DNA of 35,707 nt from a virus (IMGVR_UViG_3300038954_000192:1-35707); one strand, 5' to 3'. Positions 17,174 through 26,233 are shown, counted from the first letter of the stretch. Notes: generated from the letters alone by a model not told the origin. Made by a program: numbers and translations.

Positions 17174-17670
17174 TGGAAATTAAATATAAGAAATTAAATG
17201 ATAAAGCAAAAGAACCATATAAAAAAATTGGTATTGATGCTGGATTTGATTTATATGCAACGTCAGTAAATAAAACTAATAAATATATAGAATATGGAAC
17301 TGGTTTGGCATTAGAAATACCTGAAGGATATGTTGGATTTCTTTTTCCAAGAAGCTCAGTAACAAAAGAAGATTTAATGTTAAAAAATGCTGTAGGTGTT
17401 GTTGATGCTTCATATAGAGGAGAAATTAAATTTAGATATATTAATGCAGTACATGATCTTGTACAAAATTATGTACAATATGATGATTATATGACAAATG
17501 AAATAATTGATTTAAATGTAGTAAACAGACATTTAGATCATTATGAAATTGGTGATAGATGTGGTCAAATTATTTTTATGGAGATACCTAAAATAAAATT
17601 AATAGAAGCAGAAGAATTATCTGAAACTATTAGAGGAACTGCAGGTTATGGTCATTCTGGTAAAAAATAA
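17173..17670 (+). CDS. dut: Trimeric dUTPase
   Basis: Motifs AGFDL, PRSS, GVVDASYRGEI, GDRCGQ, RGTAGYGHSG. Confidence 0.95.
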   Translation: MEIKYKKLNDKAKEPYKKIGIDAGFDLYATSVNKTNKYIEYGTGLALEIPEGYVGFLFPRSSVTKEDLMLKNAVGVVDASYRGEIKFRYINAVHDLVQNYVQYDDYMTNEIIDLNVVNRHLDHYEIGDRCGQIIFMEIPKIKLIEAEELSETIRGTAGYGHSGKK

Positions 17671-17675
17671 AAAAT

Positions 17676-17894
17676 ATGAAAGGTGATATTTATATATATG
17701 GGAATTTATATACTAATCATCCAATGGATGATAGACAATTAGTAAGTAGTGGTGTAACAATTCATGTTAAAGAAGATGCATTTTTTTATGTGAAAGAAGA
17801 TGATTTTGAATTAAATGAAAACGATGTTTTTATTGATGATCTTTTTGACAGATTTGATGTTGAAAATATTATTGCATTTGATAATATTAAGTAA
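17676..17894 (+). CDS. Small acidic hypothetical protein
   Basis: 72 aa directly after dut, with an A-rich leader. Confidence 0.55.
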   Translation: MKGDIYIYGNLYTNHPMDDRQLVSSGVTIHVKEDAFFYVKEDDFELNENDVFIDDLFDRFDVENIIAFDNIK

Positions 17895-17910
17895 AAAAAA
17901 AAATAGAAAT

Positions 17911-18183
17911 ATGATTGATAAAAAATTAAATACATGGAGTGGATTAAATGTTAAACTTATTGATAAGGCATATGAAGAGATTGCACCTAAAGTTCAATAT
18001 CGAATGTGTAATAAGGAAACTAGAAAAATTATACGTGAAATGATGAAAGAAAAATTACCAGAATATGATATTACGTGCGATGAAAGTAATAATCCACCAG
18101 ATGTTATTGATAGTGGTAATGTTTTAGTACGTGTTTCAAAATATATTCATGATGAATATAAATATGTTGATGTTATATTTTAA
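17911..18183 (+). CDS. Small protein resembling the tail-sheath C-terminal domain
   Basis: ATG 17911 is preferred (90 aa). YDITCDESNNPPDVIDSGNV aligns with sheath FRIKMDDSNNTPESRDRNEL. Confidence 0.6.
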   Translation: MIDKKLNTWSGLNVKLIDKAYEEIAPKVQYRMCNKETRKIIREMMKEKLPEYDITCDESNNPPDVIDSGNVLVRVSKYIHDEYKYVDVIF

Positions 18184-18195
18184 AATAAAAAAACT

Positions 18196-18351
18196 ATGAG
18201 AACATTAAGACAATTATTGGCATGTTATGATTTAAATAATTTTAACATACCGGACGAAGTATTAAATATTAAAGTTAGTGATAGATTATATGATAAAAAA
18301 TGTCTTATAATAAAAAATTATTTTATATCACTTTTGAAAAATATTAAATAA
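18196..18351 (+). CDS. Small hypothetical protein (51 aa, not in the ORF track)
   Basis: MRTLRQLLACYDLNN...LLKNIK fills the gap before thyA; A-rich leader, stop 1 nt before the thyA ATG. Confidence 0.5.
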   Translation: MRTLRQLLACYDLNNFNIPDEVLNIKVSDRLYDKKCLIIKNYFISLLKNIK

Positions 18352-18352
18352 T

Positions 18353-19183
18353 ATGAAAAATGCAGATTTTTTTTATAAAATTAATTTATATGACATACTA
18401 AATAATGGTCAATGGGATAAAAATCCAAGACCTAAGTGGAAAGACGGAACTCCAGCATACACTAAATATATAACGCAAGTTTTTGAGAAATATGATATAT
18501 CTAATAATGAATTTCCAATAACAACATTAAGAAATACTGCAATAAAAACAGGAATTAAAGAGATTTTATGGATATATCAAAAACAAACTAATTCTTTAAG
18601 TATTGCTCATGATATGGGCATTAAGTGGTGGGATAATTGGGATATTGGTGATGGTACAATTGGTATTAGATATGGTGAAACTGTGAAAAAATATGATTTA
18701 TTAAATAATTTATTAGATTCATTAAAACATAACCCATTTTCAAGAAGACATATAATGAATCTATATCAAGAGCATGATTTAAATGAAAGTAATGGGTTAT
18801 ATCCATGTGCATATGAAACAATTTGGTCTGTTAGAGAACTGAATGATGAATTTTATTTAGATATGACCTTGATACAAAGAAGTAATGATTATATCATAGC
18901 AGGTTATATTAATAAAATACAATATGTTGCACTTTTAATGATGATAGCATCTCATTTAAATTATAAAGTTGGTATATTTAGTCATTTTGTTCAAAATTTA
19001 CATGTTTATGATAGACATTTTGATGCTTTACATGAAATTTTAAATAGAAAGCCATTAGACACTCAACCAATATTAAAATTAAATGAAAATAAAAACTTTT
19101 TTGATATTAATGTAAATGATTTTACTATTGAAAATACTGATAAAATAAAAAAAATAAACTCAAAATTAGAAATTGCAATATAA
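18353..19183 (+). CDS. thyA: Thymidylate synthase ThyA
   Basis: FPITTLR, EILWIY, PFSRRHI, LYPCAY (catalytic Cys), QRSND.......N, NLHVYDRH. Confidence 0.95.
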   Translation: MKNADFFYKINLYDILNNGQWDKNPRPKWKDGTPAYTKYITQVFEKYDISNNEFPITTLRNTAIKTGIKEILWIYQKQTNSLSIAHDMGIKWWDNWDIGDGTIGIRYGETVKKYDLLNNLLDSLKHNPFSRRHIMNLYQEHDLNESNGLYPCAYETIWSVRELNDEFYLDMTLIQRSNDYIIAGYINKIQYVALLMMIASHLNYKVGIFSHFVQNLHVYDRHFDALHEILNRKPLDTQPILKLNENKNFFDINVNDFTIENTDKIKKINSKLEIAI

Positions 19184-19198
19184 AAAGAAATAATATAT

Positions 19199-19720
19199 AT
19201 GAGTGAATTTAACAATTTTACTGATACTGATTTGGATAATAACAGTGTGGTTATTTTACATACAGATTTATCACAAAATAAAGACGATGTGCTATTATCA
19301 AAAAATGATGATAGTATTTTACTAGAGGCAATTGATGAGTTTTATAATGATGAACTTAAATTAAATGATGTTGAAATTTTTGAAGATTGTGGTAATATTT
19401 TAATTACTAATGAAGGTTACTACTTAGCTGTTTACTTGAAAGATGTAAAACAATTAAATGAAGATGATTTGATTGATGAATTAGATGGTACATTTACTGA
19501 TGTAAAAAATCAGCTAATTGATGATGAAAAACGTTGGGGTGATACTTGGAAAGAACGTGGTTTAGTACATAATGGCAACGATCAGGAAACTCGCTGGTTT
19601 GAAAAAATGAAAGAATATTTTGAACAATACCAAGAATGGGGTGTACCAATTCCTTGGACTAAAGTTATTGGTGAAGCACATATTGCTCTAGTGAGAGAAA
19701 AAGCAAAAGATAAAGAATAA
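19199..19720 (+). CDS. Hypothetical protein (acidic N-terminus, helical Trp-rich C-terminal domain)
   Basis: 173-aa ORF in the operon. Confidence 0.65.
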   Translation: MSEFNNFTDTDLDNNSVVILHTDLSQNKDDVLLSKNDDSILLEAIDEFYNDELKLNDVEIFEDCGNILITNEGYYLAVYLKDVKQLNEDDLIDELDGTFTDVKNQLIDDEKRWGDTWKERGLVHNGNDQETRWFEKMKEYFEQYQEWGVPIPWTKVIGEAHIALVREKAKDKE

Positions 19721-19736
19721 TAGGGGAATATTGTGA

Positions 19737-20000
19737 ATGAATATTTTTTTAATAGTAATAATAATGCTATTATCAGTAGCAATTGTTGCGATTGCTATTG
19801 CTTTTTTATTATATATGAAAAAAAGTACATTTATTTCTGATAAAGATAAAGAATTTATTGATTTTACTATTGATATGTATATCCAATATGCGAAAGATTT
19901 AGATATTCATTCTCCCAAGCAACACCAAAAAATTGTTGAGAAATTAAAGGACATAAAAAGAAAATATTTACAAATTAGTGAAAAAAAAGAAAAAAAATAA
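19737..20000 (+). CDS. Small single-pass membrane protein
   Basis: N-terminal hydrophobic run IFLIVIIMLLSVAIVAIAIAFLLY. Confidence 0.7.
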   Translation: MNIFLIVIIMLLSVAIVAIAIAFLLYMKKSTFISDKDKEFIDFTIDMYIQYAKDLDIHSPKQHQKIVEKLKDIKRKYLQISEKKEKK

Positions 20001-20652
20001 TTTAACTCATAGAGATGCATGTTTTAGTCTTGCAGAAGCCAAAGCTACTCGATATATTGAAGTACCACTTGGTTCAGTTTGGCTTAATAGGGGGTCACTT
20101 GGACAAGCTGATGTGATAACTGTTAAACCGTCTTATAATCGTTTTAATCTTGATATTTATGAAGTTAAAGTAACACGTTCTGATTTTCTCCAAGACATAA
20201 AGAGAGGTAAATATAAAAAGTATTTACCATTTTGTAACAGATTGTATTTTGCTGTATTAGATGGTATTGCTGAGAAAGATGAAATTCCTGAAGGTATTGG
20301 ACTTATAAAATATGGTGAAAAGGGTTGGTATACTGTAAAAGCAGCAAAAAAACGTGAAATTGAATATATGGAGCAGATGTTAATGGCATTAGCATTTTCA
20401 AATGGTAGAATTTACCAACAAAGAAGAATTGATTTAAGTAGAAATTATTATGGTGTTAGTACCATACAAAAAAGTAACCTAAAGGGTTTTGGTAAAAAAA
20501 TAAAAGAGATGATTTTAAACTACAATAATCTTAGATTAAAATTCGATAATCTTTTATATGATGCCAGTAAAAAAATACCATTTAAATCAGAAGAAGAGAG
20601 AGAAAATTTTATTGAAAAATGGGAAAAAAGATCATATATAAGGGATTGGTAA
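19978..20652 (+). CDS. MmcB-like PD-(D/E)XK nuclease
   Basis: EVPLG..ADVITV..IYEVKVTRSDFLQD...KYKKYLPFCNRLYFAV..EIPEGIGLI. Confidence 0.8.
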   Translation: MKKKKKNNLTHRDACFSLAEAKATRYIEVPLGSVWLNRGSLGQADVITVKPSYNRFNLDIYEVKVTRSDFLQDIKRGKYKKYLPFCNRLYFAVLDGIAEKDEIPEGIGLIKYGEKGWYTVKAAKKREIEYMEQMLMALAFSNGRIYQQRRIDLSRNYYGVSTIQKSNLKGFGKKIKEMILNYNNLRLKFDNLLYDASKKIPFKSEEERENFIEKWEKRSYIRDW

Positions 20653-21147
20653 TTATAAATCAATAATTCCTTTTCGATCCAATACTTTTGCTCTATCAAA
20701 AATTGAATGATTTTCTAATTTAGGATATTTTTCTAATAAAGTTTTTATACCTTTATAATTATTTTGTAACCAATCATCATTATTAAATAAATCAGAAAAT
20801 TTTGTTATTTTATTAAGATCAATCTTTATAATATCTTCAATATCCATTGGATTAATTTTATAATTTAAATCAGTAAAGTTTTCAGATAATTCAGGTACAT
20901 ATGCTTTAATATGTGCAAGTTGATCACCAGTAAATATTTTTTTTGCATAATCTTTTAACAAATTATATGATTCAGGATTATATCGTAATATATCATATAT
21001 TTCATCAGCATTTAATTCATTTATTCTATCATAATATTTTTTTACATATTTAGTATCCCTCATCATTAAATCATGCATATCTTCATGTGATATTTTCATA
21101 TCAGGATTTACTTTTTCCATTACTTCAATTAGTCTTAATTTTTTCAT
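20653..21147 (-). CDS. Hypothetical late protein, possibly a head-internal protein
   Basis: Last gene of the neck operon; N-terminal KLRLIEVMEKVN followed by short helical repeats. Confidence 0.55.
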   Translation of the reverse strand: MKKLRLIEVMEKVNPDMKISHEDMHDLMMRDTKYVKKYYDRINELNADEIYDILRYNPESYNLLKDYAKKIFTGDQLAHIKAYVPELSENFTDLNYKINPMDIEDIIKIDLNKITKFSDLFNNDDWLQNNYKGIKTLLEKYPKLENHSIFDRAKVLDRKGIIDL

Positions 21148-21164
21148 TTGTATTTAAAATTTTT

Positions 21165-21719
21165 TTATTTACCTTTAGTATTATTATCAAATAATTGAAT
21201 AACATCTTCTTTTACGGGAACCGCAGTTATTTTTTTCCAATACGGTTTAAAGCCACCAATAGTTTTATCAGTAGTATCAACAACATTCTCAGCATTTTCT
21301 ATTTCGTAATATCTATATTTTGTTCCACTTATATTATATTCAACATAATCACCACGATTAATTTCAAGTTTTTTTTCTTCTAATTCTTTTAAATAAACAC
21401 CAAAAATTAAATTTCCTGTATCTTCACGAGTAATTCCACCTCTTCCATCACCATAATATGTTTGTTCATTAGGATTTACAGTTACCATTGCATCTATTTC
21501 AACAGGTGTAAATAATATTTTATCTTTAGTTTTAGTTTGACCATATAATGAATGTGATTTAGTTTTGGTTAAATTAACTTTATATATTCTAACTTTTTGA
21601 ACATTATCAGTTTGAAGATAATTTCGACCATATTCAATTTCTAAATCAAATGAATTTTCTGTCATGAACAGACCATAACGTTTATTTTCAAGGTCAATAT
21701 TTTTATTTTTTTTAGTCAT
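21165..21719 (-). CDS. Neck / head-closure protein (T4 gp14-like)
   Basis: SLYGQ..PVEIDAMV..GNLIFGVYLKELEE..INRGDYV..YYEI; follows the gp13-like gene. Start at ATG 21719 preferred. Confidence 0.7.
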   Translation of the reverse strand: MTKKNKNIDLENKRYGLFMTENSFDLEIEYGRNYLQTDNVQKVRIYKVNLTKTKSHSLYGQTKTKDKILFTPVEIDAMVTVNPNEQTYYGDGRGGITREDTGNLIFGVYLKELEEKKLEINRGDYVEYNISGTKYRYYEIENAENVVDTTDKTIGGFKPYWKKITAVPVKEDVIQLFDNNTKGK

Positions 21720-21720
21720 A

Positions 21721-22839
21721 TTATATTGCAATTATTGGAAACATAGGTGGTTGATACCTACGTTCATTATTTACATTTTCTGCAATTTTTGCTCTTTCTT
21801 CAGTTAAATTTGCTTGTGATATTTTTTCTAATAAATCAGTAATATCTTTTTCTGTTGCTTCTTTTAATTCTTGACCTTCATCAAGTAAATGACGATAATC
21901 CATTGACAACTGTTTATCAGTAACACCAAGATCACCGGAATAAAATCCACGAATTCCACCAATTACCATTTTAACTTTAGCAATAAGAAGATCACGAATT
22001 TGTCTACGTGCTGATTCGTTCATTTTTTCCCATTTAATTACTTTTACAGGTGGATCAGACGGCAATTTAACAATATCTTCATTTTCTTCCATACATTTAT
22101 CTCTACCTACATTATTGGTATCATAATACCAATACCATACCTTTCTTCCCGCATAGTGTTTACCCCAGCGATTATTGATTTCTTGTCTACTTCCCGGTAT
22201 TGGATATAAATGTAATAATTTACGACCATCAGCAAGACCAGTAATTCTATATGTTAAAAGTGATTGTAATACTCTTTGTTTCATTCTACGATCTTGTGCT
22301 GTTAATAATGTTGAAAATGTTGGTTGAACATACATTGCAGGACGACCTAAATAAGACCAACCGTGCATACCGGGACTCCACGCATTTAAACTAAATGGAT
22401 CAACCAAACCTTGATCAATTTCAGGTGGTGTTTCCCATAAAACTTCATTAACTTCTCTATTTGCTGGAATAATATAATGTTGTGTATTAGCAGATGTGAT
22501 TATATAATCACGTTTTAATTCCCAATTATTAGCAGCAGGAGCATTTGTACCATATCCTATTTGTTTTGAATATGCATATGTAAAGGATTCCATGTAATCT
22601 GTTGATTTAGTTGTAAATGCTGATAAAAAATCAGAATTTTCTTTACTAAGACCTTCTACACTAACCCATTGTTGATGTATTAACCAATTATTTAATAAAG
22701 ATGAATAATCCTCAATTACCATTTCAAGATATGACATCATCATATCATCCTCTATTTCAAAAGGTCTTAGAGGATATCCTAATTCATGTTTTACCTTTGT
22801 AAATAATTTATTTTTTTCAACTGTTGTAATTAACGCCAT
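21721..22839 (-). CDS. Neck / head-tail adaptor (T4 gp13-like)
   Basis: VKHELGYPLRPFEIEDD, LHLYPIP, IRDLLIAKVKMVIGGIRGFYSG..MDYRHLLDEG, C-terminal P..I. Confidence 0.8.
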   Translation of the reverse strand: MALITTVEKNKLFTKVKHELGYPLRPFEIEDDMMMSYLEMVIEDYSSLLNNWLIHQQWVSVEGLSKENSDFLSAFTTKSTDYMESFTYAYSKQIGYGTNAPAANNWELKRDYIITSANTQHYIIPANREVNEVLWETPPEIDQGLVDPFSLNAWSPGMHGWSYLGRPAMYVQPTFSTLLTAQDRRMKQRVLQSLLTYRITGLADGRKLLHLYPIPGSRQEINNRWGKHYAGRKVWYWYYDTNNVGRDKCMEENEDIVKLPSDPPVKVIKWEKMNESARRQIRDLLIAKVKMVIGGIRGFYSGDLGVTDKQLSMDYRHLLDEGQELKEATEKDITDLLEKISQANLTEERAKIAENVNNERRYQPPMFPIIAI

Positions 22840-22854
22840 AATATATTATATTTG
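22824..22854 (+). promoter_or_regulatory. Bacteroidota sigma70-type promoter TTG-N20-TATATTTG
   Basis: TTG at 22824-22826 and TATATTTG at 22847-22854, upstream of the helicase operon. Confidence 0.6.
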
Positions 22855-22865
22855 TCTTTATTTAT

Positions 22866-22874
22866 TATAAATAC
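22866..22874 (-). promoter_or_regulatory. Putative late promoter GTATTTATA (neck operon)
   Basis: 26 nt upstream of the start at 22839. Confidence 0.7.
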
Positions 22875-22880
22875 TTTATT

Positions 22881-23342
22881 ATGTTGAAATTTGAATATGA
22901 AATTAAATTAAATGATGAAGGAAGACCATATATAGATATTCCTGAATCATATGAAGACAAACCAGAAGATAAATTCATGGCATTAGAATTATCTCGATAT
23001 GTTATAAATAATCTTATTGAATTAAGAAAAAATGATTTACCGGAAGATCAAATAAAAGCATTAGAATCAACATTTGAAACTCTTGAAGTTATTTCAGATG
23101 AATTAGCTATACTATTAAAGCAACAAATGGAAGTAATGGGTGAAGCTGAAATAACAATACATAGAAATTATCACATAACTGTTGATACAATAAAAGACCG
23201 TAATAATTTAAATTATGAAGGAATAATTCATAAAGGAAAAATTTTTAAAAGAATGATTGGTCTTAAAGTACTGGTACTTGAGGATATGAATATTTATGAG
23301 TTGGTTGATGGAATTGATAATGAAAATTGGCAAAAAGTATGA
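22881..23342 (+). CDS. Hypothetical protein
   Basis: 153 aa; ATGA overlap with the helicase start. Confidence 0.65.
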   Translation: MLKFEYEIKLNDEGRPYIDIPESYEDKPEDKFMALELSRYVINNLIELRKNDLPEDQIKALESTFETLEVISDELAILLKQQMEVMGEAEITIHRNYHITVDTIKDRNNLNYEGIIHKGKIFKRMIGLKVLVLEDMNIYELVDGIDNENWQKV

Positions 23343-25897
23343 GTTTAAAACCTACTAAAGAACAAGAAAAAATATTTAAGTTTATAAAAAAAAGACCTGA
23401 GAATATTCTTATTGAAGCCTACGCTGGATGCGGAAAAACGACTACTATAGTCGAAGCAGTTAAATTACTTCCAAAGGATAAAAATATTATGTTTATGGCA
23501 TTTAATAAACATATTCAAGAAGAATTAAAAACTTGTTTGCCTGATCATGTTAGATGTTATACATCACATGGTTTGGGGATGTCAGCAATAAAGAGAAAGT
23601 ACGGTGATAAAATACAATTTGATGAATTTAAAGTAGATAAAGTAATTCAAAAAAAAGCAAAAAAATGGAATTTAGATAGTGATTTTAATTCACATGAAGA
23701 AAAATATCGTTATTTAAAAGACATGAAAAAAATGGTAAATTTATGTAGATTATCATTAACAACAGATAAAAAATATATTCCATATATTGCTGATAGATAT
23801 GAAGTACCAATAAATAAGGAAAAAGATATAAAAAGATTATTAAAGGTTCTTGATACAATTACTCAAGATAGATTAACATTTGATTATGCTGATATGATTT
23901 ATCTTCCTGCAGTAGATAAAAGTTTATGGTTATTTCCACAAGATTATGTGATTATAGATGAATGTTTACCGCACAAAATATACATTTCTACAGAAATTGG
24001 TAAAAAGCAAATTGGAACATTATATAATTTAAAAAATAATAATAAAAAATTACCTAAAGTTGTAACATATAATGAAAAATTAAGTACATTTGAAATGAAA
24101 AATATCCTTGATGTCTGGTGTACTGGTGAAAAAGATGTTCATTATGTTATATTAAGTGGTAAAAGGAAATTAAAGAGTACTGTAAATCATAGATTTTTAA
24201 CACTAGATGGTTGGAAAAGATTAGATGAATTAAAAATTGGTGATGCGGTTTTATCTAATTATTCAGAACAACCCTATCATGGCGTATTAAATAGCGTGCA
24301 GAAAGATATTTTTATTGGTTCAATATTGGGGGATGGTTCACATCATAGACTATCAAATAATATATCGAGAATTAAAATTATTCATGGTAATAATCAGTGG
24401 AAATATATTAAATGGAAGGCAAGTTTTTTTGATTGTGATTTAAAAACCGTTGAAAAAAATGGTTATAGTAAAAGAATAGCACATACGTTATCAACAAAAG
24501 GTTATTATTTTCACAATAAATATGATTCAAAAAAAAAGATTATTGATGATATTACACTAAGATCATTAGCAATATCTTGGATGGATAATGGATCAATATC
24601 AAGGTTACATAATACATCAAGATTATATTCAACATCATATAGTGAAGAGTTAACTGAATATTTAGGTAATGTTTTAAAAGATAAATGGAGTATTAATTCA
24701 CAAGTTAAATGTGCACCAAGTAGTTCAACAAATAAGTTAAATTATTGGTTACTTTTTGATAAAGAAAATACCACTAAAATATCAAAATTAATTTCACCAT
24801 ATGTTTATAAATCAATGGAATATAAATTATGTCCAGAGCATAGAAGTAATATTGATTATAGTAATTGGAATAGTGACCTAAAATCATTTGGATGTATGGT
24901 CGTTACTAAAACACATAAATTTGCGAAAAAAGAAAAGGTTTATGATATGACAGTTGAAGATAATCATAATTTCATAATCACATCGCAAACAATGAATAAT
25001 AGTAATGCTGAAAATTTTGGGTTAATTGCACACAACTGTCAAGATATTAATAGAGCACAACAGAGATTAATTGAAAAAATGCTTAGAAGAGATAAGCATA
25101 CAAAAAAATATAAAGGTCGGCTAATTGCGATAGGAGACGGTTTTCAGTCGATTTATGCGTTCACTGGCATCACAGACCGTACATTTCAATGGTTTAAAGA
25201 ATTTCAAAATACTAAAATATTACCACTATCATACTCATTTAGATGTTCAAAAAAAGTAACAGAACATGCACAAAAAATTGTTCCAAATATTAAAGCATTA
25301 CCAGAAGCACCAGAAGGTAGTGTTAGAGATGGTGATGTACTTAATGAAGCTAAAAATGGTGATTTTATTCTTTGTAGAACAACAGCACCGTTGATTAGAT
25401 TATTTTTTGAATTTTTATCACAACAAAAAAAAGCAGTTATAAAGGGGAGTGATATTGGATTAAAATTAATTGATTTAATTAATGATTTTAAAACAATTCC
25501 TAAATTAATTGAATATTGGGAATCTGAAATTGAAGAATTTAAGAAAAAATTATATAATGATGGAATTTTAAATCCTCAAGAACATAGCGGATTTGTAGCA
25601 TTAGAAGATAAAGTAAATACTTTATTATTCTTATCGAGAGTTTCTGATACTATTGAAGGTCTTAAACACAATATTAAAACAATATTTACCGATAAATTAA
25701 CTGGAATTGTATTAAGTACAATTCATAAAGCAAAAGGATTAGAAGCGAATCGTGTTTTTATAATAAGACCTGATCTAATTCCATTACCTAATTCAAAAAA
25801 ATGGCAATATAAACAAGAAAAAAATCTTGAATATGTTGCAATTACAAGAGCAAAAGTAGAATTAATATATGATCATAAATGGACAGATGAAGAATAA
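23339..25897 (+). CDS. SF1 UvrD/Rep-like helicase interrupted by an intein
   Basis: AYAGCGKTT (Walker A), IIDE|CQD (Walker B), IGDGFQSIYAFTG, LSYSFRCS, STIHKAKGLE, YVAITRAK. Confidence 0.92.
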   Translation: MSLKPTKEQEKIFKFIKKRPENILIEAYAGCGKTTTIVEAVKLLPKDKNIMFMAFNKHIQEELKTCLPDHVRCYTSHGLGMSAIKRKYGDKIQFDEFKVDKVIQKKAKKWNLDSDFNSHEEKYRYLKDMKKMVNLCRLSLTTDKKYIPYIADRYEVPINKEKDIKRLLKVLDTITQDRLTFDYADMIYLPAVDKSLWLFPQDYVIIDECLPHKIYISTEIGKKQIGTLYNLKNNNKKLPKVVTYNEKLSTFEMKNILDVWCTGEKDVHYVILSGKRKLKSTVNHRFLTLDGWKRLDELKIGDAVLSNYSEQPYHGVLNSVQKDIFIGSILGDGSHHRLSNNISRIKIIHGNNQWKYIKWKASFFDCDLKTVEKNGYSKRIAHTLSTKGYYFHNKYDSKKKIIDDITLRSLAISWMDNGSISRLHNTSRLYSTSYSEELTEYLGNVLKDKWSINSQVKCAPSSSTNKLNYWLLFDKENTTKISKLISPYVYKSMEYKLCPEHRSNIDYSNWNSDLKSFGCMVVTKTHKFAKKEKVYDMTVEDNHNFIITSQTMNNSNAENFGLIAHNCQDINRAQQRLIEKMLRRDKHTKKYKGRLIAIGDGFQSIYAFTGITDRTFQWFKEFQNTKILPLSYSFRCSKKVTEHAQKIVPNIKALPEAPEGSVRDGDVLNEAKNGDFILCRTTAPLIRLFFEFLSQQKKAVIKGSDIGLKLIDLINDFKTIPKLIEYWESEIEEFKKKLYNDGILNPQEHSGFVALEDKVNTLLFLSRVSDTIEGLKHNIKTIFTDKLTGIVLSTIHKAKGLEANRVFIIRPDLIPLPNSKKWQYKQEKNLEYVAITRAKVELIYDHKWTDEE
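23963..25036 (+). mobile_element. Intein (358 aa) with a LAGLIDADG homing endonuclease
   Basis: Starts CLPHKIYI, block B STVNHRFLT, LAGLIDADG-like IGSILGDGS and AISWMDNGS, block F VYDMTVEDNHNF, ends AHN followed by Cys+1. Confidence 0.93.
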
Positions 25898-25909
25898 CTA
25901 TAATAATGT

Positions 25910-26233
25910 TTGAATGATATGGAAGATACAATAGCACAAATAGGAACTGTTAAGATTAATGATAATAAGAATAATAAAAAAATTATTGTTAAATTTAATC
26001 TTATTGAAGAAGTGTTAATTTTTGAAGGATATTATAAAATTAAAATTAACAATATTACCAATTGGCAATTATTAACCACAATGGTTTATAAAATGAATGA
26101 AAATACTGATAATATTAATTTTGAGAAAATAACAAAAGATATATATAATGCAATAATACGAAAAATTGAATTATTTGACATGATTAAAGCATATATGTAT
26201 GAAGTAACAGAAGTTGAAATAAAAAATGATTAA
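25910..26233 (+). CDS. Hypothetical protein
   Basis: About 104-107 aa after the helicase; start uncertain. Confidence 0.6.
   Translation: MNDMEDTIAQIGTVKINDNKNNKKIIVKFNLIEEVLIFEGYYKIKINNITNWQLLTTMVYKMNENTDNINFEKITKDIYNAIIRKIELFDMIKAYMYEVTEVEIKND

Noticed and set aside
18353-19183. ThyA as a dCMP hydroxymethylase or an intron-containing td gene
   Set aside because: It keeps the dUMP-specifying Asn eight residues after the RSxD Asp, and the ORF is continuous and of normal length.
19480-19720. C-terminal domain as a MazG/dATP-dGTP diphosphohydrolase-like enzyme
   Set aside because: The helical character and the location next to thyA are suggestive, but I could not match the catalytic acidic motif; needs HHpred.
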